A stretch of DNA of 64,000 bases. Origin: Alphaproteobacteria bacterium (lineage in GTDB: Bacteria > Pseudomonadota > Alphaproteobacteria > Micavibrionales > UBA2020). Shown piece by piece: positions 22,201 to 30,157 of this stretch. The stretch covers positions 98,486 to 162,485 of the forward strand of contig JAUXOC010000057.1 in NCBI GenBank assembly GCA_030682495.1. Reading direction: 5' to 3'. Made by a program: the position numbers and the translations under genes. Position 1 is the stretch's first letter, and each line of letters begins with the position of its first letter. The notes under the pieces are model-generated. The model was not told the DNA's origin. It made no database searches and saw only the letters and a list, made by a program, of their open reading frames with translations.

Positions 22201-25200
22201 TCGCGGGCTGGCCGGTCGTGACGTTGATAAACGCGACCTCGCCGGTGCTGAAATCAATACCCGCATACCCTCCGTTCAGAGAGAAGCCGTCCGCGACAAG
22301 GAAGAAGCCGATCTGACCGCCCGCCGTGGGGATGTCAAATGTTGCTTGCGTACCCACGTTGGTATTGTTGCCGTTGAGGAACAGCATGTTGACGCCCGTG
22401 ATCTCGCCCGTCACCGGATCGATGATGTAGGAACCAACACTGTTGGAATAACCCGCGCCCTCGCTGACAAAGGTCATCGTCGCCGAAGTCGGATAGGTAA
22501 CCGTGACATCGGATGCGAGCAGGCCGAGTGCTTCGGTGCCGCTGTAAACAAGGCCTTCCGCGACATAGGGGAAGGTCACGCCACCGTCAAAGCTGTGTTC
22601 GTAGACCGTCGTCGGGACGCCATCCGCGTATTCGGGGGACAGCGTATAGGTGTAAGAACCGTCCGAGAACATCGTCAGCGTACCGTAATTGCCGTTGATG
22701 CTGGCCGATCCGTTTTCAGGCACGTCGACGGTTGTTCCGCCAAACGAGATTTTAACAACCCCGTTCACGTCATCCTGACTGATGCTGTCAGCGGCGCCAG
22801 GGCCGCCGTTAAGGCCGGTGACCACGTTGCCAAAGGTACCGCCGTCATCGGTGCTGAACGTATTGTGGTCGTCAAAAGCGGTGACGCCGTCATCCAGAAC
22901 GCGCACGGTGATGACCGTCGATGCGCTATCGCCATCGTTATCCGTCGCGGTGATGCCGAATTTCAGGTCAATCGCATCGTTCGGGTTGTTTTTATCGGCA
23001 TGGTCGAGCGTGCCGATCAGGTTGAACTGATACTGGCCGTTCGGCTGGATGCTGAGCGTGAAGATCGTCTGGCCGTTTGCCGTACCGGTATAGGTATTGC
23101 CGCTGAGCGTGACCGTCACCGGATAACCTTCGGACGTCAGCTGGCTGCCTGCAACGGAGCCGGCTGCGGCAAAGGTATTCGCACCGCTGGCGCTGAAGCT
23201 GCCGGGGCCATCACGGAAGAAGTCCGCCTGCACCGTGCCGGATACCGACACCACACCACCGGAAAGATCCGTCTCGTCGACGACTTTTTTGGGCGGGGCG
23301 ATGATTTCAGGCACATCGTCGGCTTCGATCTTGATCTTGACCGTCTGGCTGATTGTCATCTGGTTGTCTGTGTAGTCGTATTCCTCGCCGCTGAGGTTCA
23401 CCTCGGTCGCGGTGACGAAAACCGTCAGCTTCAAAGTGGCCGATTGGCTGGGGACCCAGCCTTTGGCCGTATTCAGCATCAGACCGGGCAGATCCGCCGT
23501 TGTCAGCGACCAGTCGCCGTTCGGCAGTTTGGTACCCGCGGAAAGCGAGAAGGTATCGGGCACACCTTTGATAATGATGCTGGTGATGGCTTCGGAGCCG
23601 TCGGTCGTGCCGTTGACGGATTCACCCGTTTGGGTCGTGATGTTGAGCGCGATCTGCGTACCTTCTTCACCGCCGGGCGAGGTTGCCGTCAGCGTCGGGG
23701 TATCAATCACCGCATCGACAACGATTTTGGTCGGCACGGAAACGCTTGCCGTATCGCCATTGGTCGCGGTTGACGTTGCCGTCACTTGCAGGCCGGTCAT
23801 GTCGGCATCGCTGTCAGCGGGCGGCTTCAACGTCGGGCCACCGCTAAAGGAGGCACCGGGCGCCAGCGTGATGGTCCATGTGCCCGTACCGGCGTCATAG
23901 GTGCCACCGGCAAGGTTGGTCATTTCCCAGCTGCTGTCGATACCGGTCACAGTGATGGTAATGAATTCGGCCGGATCATTCGGCGAAGCATTGATGTCCA
24001 GCGTCGCGCTGCCGTCTTCCTTGATGAACTGGTCGGCGACTCTCAGGTTCGGCTCGTCCGCAACAGGGTTGAAAGTGATTGTCAGCTCTTTGCTCAACTG
24101 CGCATTGTTGTCGCTGGTATCCCACTCGCCGCCGCTGAGGTTCACCTCTTCGGCATAGGATGTCACGGTCAGTGTGACCGTACCGTTGAAATTCGCAGGG
24201 GGGTTCAGCTTCAGGCCGGCAAGCTGGCCTTGCGTCAGCTCCCACACACCGCCGCCGAGGTTGGTGCCAGCAGAGAGTGTAAAGCCCGCAGGGACGCCTT
24301 CGATAACGACTTTGGTGATAGCTTCGGAACTGTCGCCTGTGCCGTTGGCGGCTTCGCCGGTCGCGGTTGCGATTGTGACGTCCGCAGGCGTATCTTCATT
24401 CGCTTCGGTATTGGCAACGTCGAGAGACATCGGGTCAATAACCGCATCGACGACAATCGCTGCATTCGCGGTATTCGATGCGGAATCCACGATGACACCG
24501 TTCACAACTTCGTGTGCGGTGGCGGTGACAACAAGGTTCACATCCACATCACTGTCGGCAGGCGGCGTTGCCACCAGTTCGCCCGAGAACGATGTGACAC
24601 CCTGCGGCAAAGTCAGCGTCCAGACGCCCGTCGTGGAATCGTAGCTGCCGCTCACGCCATAGGCGCTACCGACATTATTGACATCGACATCCCAGCCCGG
24701 CAGGAAGCCGGAGACGGTGATGACGAGAATTTCGGAACCATCGGGGTCATTGAGACTTGCGGTAATTTTGAGGTTTTTGCTGTCCGGATGCGCCGCACCG
24801 TCTTCCTTGATCTGGCCATTTTCAACGGCCAGGTTCGGCACGTCCGCGACTGGTTTGAAAGTCACGGTGAGTTCTTTGGTGATCTGCGTCTTGTTGTCAT
24901 CGAAATCGTCTTCAACACCAGAGAGAGTTGTCTCTTCGGCATAGGATGTGACGGTCAGCGTCACTTCGCCCGACCAGTTGGCTGGCGGGGTGAGTTTCAG
25001 ACCGGCAAGCTCAGCTTGCGTCAGCTGCCAGACGCCGCCGCCGAGATCTGTACCGGCAGAGAGCGTAAAGCCCGCCGGAACGCCTTCGATAACGACCTTG
25101 GTGATTTCTTCGGAGCCATCGATCGTGCCGTTGGCTTCTTCGCCCGTGCGGGTCGAGATGCCCAGCGGCGCATCATTGTCTTCATCGACGATAACGTTGT

Positions 25201-26374
25201 CGACGGCGATGTTCAGTTCGACGTCATCAATCACGGCGTCGGTTATGATGTTCGCGGTTTTGGTCACGGTCACCGTCTGGCCGGTCACCACGTTGGTCAC
25301 GGTCGAGGTAATAACAATACCGTTCATATCCGCATCGCTATCAGGCGGCGGGGAGAACGTGGGCGTGCTGCCAAAGCTCTGGCCGGGGGCCAGCGTGATT
25401 GTCCATGTGCCGGTTACAGAATCATAAGTACCGCCGGAGGTCGAGATATCCACCGTCCAGCCCGTATCGATATTGCTGATGGTGATGGTAATTTGTTCGT
25501 TGCTGTTGTTTGGCTTCGCTGTGACGTTCAGCGTGGTGGAGCCGTCTTCCTTGACAATCACATCCTGCACATCAAGGTTCGGATTAACGGCAGGCCCCAG
25601 CGTCGGGTCGGGGCGGCGGTCGGGCGCTTCGTATTGCAGCGCTGTCGGGTTGATCTCGCCGATTTTATCGAGCGAGTTGAATTGCGTGTACTGGAAGTTC
25701 GACTGGAAGCCGAAACCGTTACGCGCGCCGCCGGAAGAGCCTTCACCGGCCGCAGCTTCGATCTGGTTCAGTTGCGTGGCGGAGGCAAGGATGTTGCCGA
25801 AATCGCTGACGGGCAGTTCGGCGCCGTCTTTCAGCGTGATTTCCATGCCGCTGCTTTTCATCGTGCCGTAGTTGGGGATGACAATCTCGCCGCCGTTATC
25901 AAAGGTAATGACGAGCTGGCCGCCGCTGTCTTTGACAGCTTTCGGTTCGTTCATCGCAAAGCCGAATGTGTATTCGCTGCCTTCTTCAAGCTTGACGACC
26001 AGCGTCTCGCCGGCTTTCGGCATTTCAATCGTTTTTGCATCCGACAGGGTTTCTTCAGCCGTGGGCTGCGCAGTGGCGGGGGAGTCCATCGCTTGCAGCT
26101 GGGCGAGCTCGAGCTTCTGGCCATTGGGCAGGCTCAGTGTCGGTGCCGGAGACATCGAAGCGATGTCGGAGAAATTCTTGATAACGAGCGTTGCGCCGTT
26201 GGAGAGCATGATCTGCATCGCGCCGCCCGCCCCCATCGTGATGCCCTGCACCGTCGCGTCACCCGCGGCAATCGACAGATTCTGGCCTGCCGTTACGCTG
26301 ATTTCGAGAGTTTGCTTGGGATCGAGAGAGAGAGTCTGTGCGCTGGTCGCCGCCGTCGTGTTATTTGTCGCCAT
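19220..26374 (-). CDS. Giant modular RTX-type adhesin, type I secretion substrate
   Basis: 2384-aa acidic, Cys-poor ORF with internal repeats, a VWA domain, Gly-Asp nonapeptide repeats and a C-terminal T1SS target domain. Lies immediately upstream of tolC-ABC-hlyD. Confidence 0.9.
   Translation of the reverse strand: [2384 protein letters not shown]
19223..19490 (-). other. C-terminal type I secretion target domain (VC_A0849-like subclass)
   Basis: [23 protein letters not shown]...[32 protein letters not shown] matches my memory of TIGR03661. Confidence 0.7.
19491..19615 (-). repeat. RTX calcium-binding nonapeptide repeats
   Basis: [42 protein letters not shown]. A further copy, [11 protein letters not shown], lies near 19850. 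Confidence 0.85.
19960..20500 (-). other. von Willebrand factor A domain within adhesin
   Basis: MIDAS-type start [15 protein letters not shown], followed by an alternating beta/alpha pattern. Confidence 0.75.
21401..21800 (-). repeat. T1SS-143-like repeat domain, copy B
   Basis: [11 protein letters not shown]...[33 protein letters not shown]...[23 protein letters not shown]. Confidence 0.7.
21945..22465 (-). other. DUF4114-like domain inserted between the two T1SS-143 units
   Basis: [12 protein letters not shown]...[39 protein letters not shown] resembles the DUF4114 C-terminal pattern (from memory). Confidence 0.5.
22883..23282 (-). repeat. T1SS-143-like repeat domain, copy A
   Basis: [11 protein letters not shown]...[33 protein letters not shown]...[11 protein letters not shown]. 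Offset from copy B is exactly 1482 nt (494 codons). Confidence 0.7.
23300..25590 (-). repeat. Three tandem ~250-aa modules in adhesin N-terminal half
   Basis: Each module runs NL(D/A/R)V...KEDGS...PPADSDADM...DAVID...TGE(E/A/S)(A/V)NGT(I/G/T)D(G/S)SE(E/A)IT...[12 protein letters not shown]...LTVTSYAEE...(ADVP/ADEP/DDVP). Module starts are near 25585, 24845 and 24055. Confidence 0.75.
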
Positions 26375-26738
26375 TTTATTCCCCTTTTGGCTTTCAGTCT
26401 GATGCGTAGGACACCCTTATCTTTTGATTCCATATAAGGGTAGTCCAAATTAGTAACAAAATTACTAACAATTATGTCTAAAAAATTTATACGCGGGTCT
26501 GACTGCTCTGTCAATTATTATGTCAATTTTTACGCCATTTATATTGAAGCGCCCTCTTCCTAATGCAGCGCCTCAAAAAAAGCCAGAAAAATCCCGAAAC
26601 CGCGCAAGCGCGCGCCAAGCCGCCGCCGATTTTCTATAACTTGCAAATGACAAGAGATTCCAATGACATATTGCTTTACTTGCCTCGATCTTCGGCGCAT
26701 CATATGAACGGGAGTTTCTGTTTAAGGGGCAGTTTTAT
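26375..26738. promoter_or_regulatory. AT-rich divergent control region (adhesin operon / pilus-N-domain gene)
   Basis: 364-bp non-coding AT-rich tract with direct repeats TAACAA (26454, 26466) and TGTCAATT (26509, 26521), both at 12-nt period. An imperfect inverted repeat lies at 26409-26446. Confidence 0.5.
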
Positions 26739-27422
26739 ATGAGACATCATTTTACGGTCTGGGTGATCGCCGCCCTGCTCGGATTGGCCGCTGCACCCGC
26801 CGCAGCCGATGGCATGACGGAAATGACCCGCCTGCTCAAGGGGGGTGATTCTGCCCTCATGCAAGGGCAAACCGCCACCGCCGCCAAAACCACCGTTTCG
26901 GGTGACCCCAAGGCCATACGCCTGACGCCGGATCGCACCAAAATTCTGCGTCTGCGCGAAAGCGCCGCCAGCGTGATTGTCGCCAATCCGGCACATGCCA
27001 CCGTGACGCTCGACTCCCCGCGCCTGCTCATCCTGATGCCGCGGGAGCCGGGCACGACCTCTTTCACCGTCCTCAACGCCGCCGGCAAAGTTTTGCTGGA
27101 GCGCAACATCATCGTCAGCGCGGTGCAGCCGCAATACGTGCGCGTGCGCCGCGTCTGCGGCAATGCCAATGACTGCCAGCCGTCAAATTACTATTACTGC
27201 CCCGATGGCTGTTTTGAAGTCACGCCCGTTGTTCACGAAAACAACGCGAATATCCCCGAAGTGCAGGGTAACGCCGCCGCGGCTGGCGTCACGGCTCCGA
27301 TACCGGAAGATCCGATGATTGCCGAAGAAATCGAAGGTCCGATGCCCACAGAAGACGACGGCATCCTTGAAGACGACGCGCCCGATAGCGCATCTGATGC
27401 CCTTGAGGGAGAAGCAGAATGA
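26739..27422 (+). CDS. Pilus-formation N-terminal-domain protein (secretin-N/BON-like), Cys-rich acidic C-terminus
   Basis: Signal peptide. KAIRLTPDRTKILRLRESAASVIVANPAHATVTLDSPRLLILMPREPGTTSFTVLN resembles the CpaC/RcpA N-terminal pilus-formation domain. 4-nt overlap with tadD. Confidence 0.6.
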   Translation: MRHHFTVWVIAALLGLAAAPAAADGMTEMTRLLKGGDSALMQGQTATAAKTTVSGDPKAIRLTPDRTKILRLRESAASVIVANPAHATVTLDSPRLLILMPREPGTTSFTVLNAAGKVLLERNIIVSAVQPQYVRVRRVCGNANDCQPSNYYYCPDGCFEVTPVVHENNANIPEVQGNAAAAGVTAPIPEDPMIAEEIEGPMPTEDDGILEDDAPDSASDALEGEAE

Positions 27423-28201
27423 CAAAAGCTCCCCTTCAGCAAACCACCCGCCGCCATTCTGCGGCACGTTTTATCAGCCTGTCAGTGGTTGCCTTTCTTT
27501 TGGCCGGCTGTGCATCGCAGAACGATACGCAAGTGGGCGACCCGCTTGATAGCCTGCAAGGCCAGCGCGCCGCGACCGAGCGCCGCCTCGCCACAGCCGC
27601 CGCCGATGCCATACAGGCCGGCAAAACGCAAGAGGCGCTTGTTTCGTACGAAAAGCTCTATCAACGCGACAACCGCAATGCCGATGTCGCCGTCAACTAC
27701 GCCCAGCTTCTGCGCCGCAGCGGCAAAGCCGATCAGGCCGCTAAAATTCTGGCGCCTTTTGCCGAAGGCAAGCGCAAGGATTCATCTCGCACACCGCGCG
27801 CCATGCTGAAAAACGAATACGCCGCTGCCCTGATTGAAACCGGAAAGTTCGACCGCGCTCAGACGATGCTTGAAAGTGTACTGAGTGATCCGGCACTGGC
27901 GGATTTTCATCCGGATGCCAGCAACCTTTCCGGCATCGCACTGGATGCGCAGGGGCAGCACAAAGCCGCCGAGAAACTTTTCCGTCAGGCGCTCGATGGC
28001 TGGAAGGGTGATCCGACGTCGGTCATGAACAACCTCGCGCTTAATCTTGCCAGCCAGGGCATGTTTGACGAGGCGCTGACCACGCTGCGCCGCGCCCAGA
28101 TCATGGCACCGGAAAAATCCGAAATCGCCCGCAACATCGAGATCGTCAGCGGACTACGCGACGTCGTCGTGCCCAAAGCACCCGTTAGTCTTAAGAAGTA
28201 A
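27419..28201 (+). CDS. tadD: TPR-repeat lipoprotein, TadD-like
   Basis: Lipobox LLAGCAS and TPR-like repeats. Located in the Tad locus. Confidence 0.7.
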   Translation: MTKAPLQQTTRRHSAARFISLSVVAFLLAGCASQNDTQVGDPLDSLQGQRAATERRLATAAADAIQAGKTQEALVSYEKLYQRDNRNADVAVNYAQLLRRSGKADQAAKILAPFAEGKRKDSSRTPRAMLKNEYAAALIETGKFDRAQTMLESVLSDPALADFHPDASNLSGIALDAQGQHKAAEKLFRQALDGWKGDPTSVMNNLALNLASQGMFDEALTTLRRAQIMAPEKSEIARNIEIVSGLRDVVVPKAPVSLKK

Positions 28202-28226
28202 TCTACTTTTTTTGAATGAAAGCGCG

Positions 28227-29171
28227 CTACTGCGGCCCACCCAGAAAAGCGGGGCCGAGGATGACGATGAACAGCGCCGGCAGGAAAAATAAAATCATCG
28301 GCACCGTCAGCTTGGGCGGCAGGGAGGCGGCTTTTTGCTCCGCAGTGGCCATGCGCATGTCACGCGATTCATCGGCCAGCACCCGGATCGCCTTGGAAAC
28401 CGAGGTACCGTATTGTTCTGCCTGCAACATCGCTGTGGCAAAAGACCGCGCCGCGCCCGACCCCACGCGCATCGCAAAACCCTGAAACGCACCCTTGCGG
28501 TCGTTGAGCATGCCCAGCTCGGCACTCAAAATGCCCAGCTCTTCCGCCAGCGCTTCCGAATGTTCGGATACCGTATTGGCAATCCGGTTGATCGCAGCCT
28601 CGATCCCGATACCGCCCTGCACACAGATCAGCATCATGTCGAGCGCGTCGGGAAAGCTCAGCGAAATTTCCAGCTGCCGCTTGTCTGCTGTGTTCTTGAC
28701 CAGAATGCGCGGCAGAAAAAACCCGAACACCGCCATCGACATCAGAATAATCAACACTAGGCCCTGCCTGATTTCTTTGTCCGACACTGTGATTATCATC
28801 ATCGCCAGAGATACAAAAATCAGCGGCAGCAAGATGCGGGAGACCAGATAAATGATCGGCGCATTGGGGCTGCGCATGCCTGCCTGCTGCGTCAGGTTAC
28901 GGGCCGAAAGACTCGCCTCGCCGGCAATCCGCTGCAAACGGTAGAACAGCGCAATCGACTGCGTCGCCGACATATCCTGCTTCTTGCCTCTTTTATCCAC
29001 CTGCTCGCGTGCCTGATCGAACAGCGCGCGGCGCTTTTTCTCGATGACGCCCTTGTAGCGTTCTTTCTTTTCGGTGCGGCGCAAAAGCGGCAGCGCGAAA
29101 GCGGCAAAGGAAATGGCGGCGGCAAGCGCACTCAAGACCACAACGACAAAATTTGAACTGAGCCCTTCCAT
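28227..29171 (-). CDS. tadC: Tad pilus platform protein TadC (T2SS F family)
   Basis: 314-aa polytopic protein with a GspF-like domain. Follows tadB. Confidence 0.85.
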   Translation of the reverse strand: MEGLSSNFVVVVLSALAAAISFAAFALPLLRRTEKKERYKGVIEKKRRALFDQAREQVDKRGKKQDMSATQSIALFYRLQRIAGEASLSARNLTQQAGMRSPNAPIIYLVSRILLPLIFVSLAMMIITVSDKEIRQGLVLIILMSMAVFGFFLPRILVKNTADKRQLEISLSFPDALDMMLICVQGGIGIEAAINRIANTVSEHSEALAEELGILSAELGMLNDRKGAFQGFAMRVGSGAARSFATAMLQAEQYGTSVSKAIRVLADESRDMRMATAEQKAASLPPKLTVPMILFFLPALFIVILGPAFLGGPQ

Positions 29172-29173
29172 GA

Positions 29174-30154
29174 CTACACCTTGAAGTTAATCATCTGTTT
29201 CATGATCAGGATGCCACAAGACATCCAGAAGATTGCCCCGCCCAGCAGCATTTTTCCTTTGGGCAGGGTAAACAGGATGCTGATGTATTCAGGATTCACG
29301 GCATAAAGACCAAGACACACCAGCGGCGGCAACGCCGCGATAATAGCAGCCGAAGCTTTTGCTTCGGAGGACAGCGCCCTGATTTTCCGCTTCAACCTGA
29401 AACGCGCACGGATAACGGAAGAGAGGTTGGAGAGAACCTCGCTCAAGGATGAACCCGTCTCGCTTTGAATTTGCAGCGCCGTTGCGAACATATGAACTTC
29501 GGGCAGCGGAATGCGCCGCGCCATTTGCAGTGCCGCCTCGCCCAGCGGCACACCGATTTTCTGGTTTTCGTAGATACGCATCATTTCATCGCGCAGCGGG
29601 CTTTCAAATTCGCGCGCAACCATCGCAACCGCTTCGCTGATCGGCATCCCCGCTTGTAAAAGACGCACAGAGGCGTCAAGCGCGTCGGCAAAAAGCTCCA
29701 GAAACTTGCGCTGCCGCCGTCCCGCCTTCCATTTCAGAAAAAACCGCGGCACGCCCGCAAAGGCCGTAAAGGTCACAAAGAAGACAGCGATTGACGGCCA
29801 GCTGGTCAGCTTGAGAAGCCCGAAGACAATGAGGGCGAAAATCGCCGAGAAAATCCAGTAGCGCGACAGCGGCGCTTCATACCCCGCCTGTTCCATCAAC
29901 TGGCGAATGCTGGTTCTGTCTTTGTCTTTTTTCTTGGACGCCTCTTCGGCGCCTGCGGCTTTCAGTTTGCGCGCAATATTATCGGAGCGCTGACGGGCCA
30001 GTTTGTCCTTGTCGTCCCTGCCGATCATAGCCCCGTCGCGCGCGATGACGGCCATATAACGGTCACGCTTTTTCTGCTGGCCACTCAGAACGACAGAAGC
30101 ACCAATAGCCACAGCAAGGATCAGCGCGACGATAAAGACGGTAATCCCCATCAT
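29174..30154 (-). CDS. tadB: Tad pilus platform protein TadB (T2SS F family)
   Basis: 326-aa paralogue of TadC. Follows cpaF. Confidence 0.85.
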   Translation of the reverse strand: MMGITVFIVALILAVAIGASVVLSGQQKKRDRYMAVIARDGAMIGRDDKDKLARQRSDNIARKLKAAGAEEASKKKDKDRTSIRQLMEQAGYEAPLSRYWIFSAIFALIVFGLLKLTSWPSIAVFFVTFTAFAGVPRFFLKWKAGRRQRKFLELFADALDASVRLLQAGMPISEAVAMVAREFESPLRDEMMRIYENQKIGVPLGEAALQMARRIPLPEVHMFATALQIQSETGSSLSEVLSNLSSVIRARFRLKRKIRALSSEAKASAAIIAALPPLVCLGLYAVNPEYISILFTLPKGKMLLGGAIFWMSCGILIMKQMINFKV

Positions 30155-30157
30155 GAC

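Noticed and set aside
25741-25770. IEAAAGEG in the adhesin N-terminal region as a possible LapG-type di-alanine cleavage site.
   Set aside because: The motif is too short to be specific, and no LapG-like protease or LapD-like c-di-GMP receptor gene is present in the window.
21071-26437. Two very long plus-strand ORFs (900 aa at 21071-23773 and 883 aa at 23786-26437) opposite the adhesin gene.
   Set aside because: They are Arg/Gly/Ala/Asp-rich low-complexity translations with no motifs. They lie exactly antisense to a gene with strong domain evidence, which is typical of shadow ORFs in GC-rich DNA. The same reasoning applies to 17909-19153, 15636-16508 and 16575-17897, which lie opposite tolC and the ABC gene.
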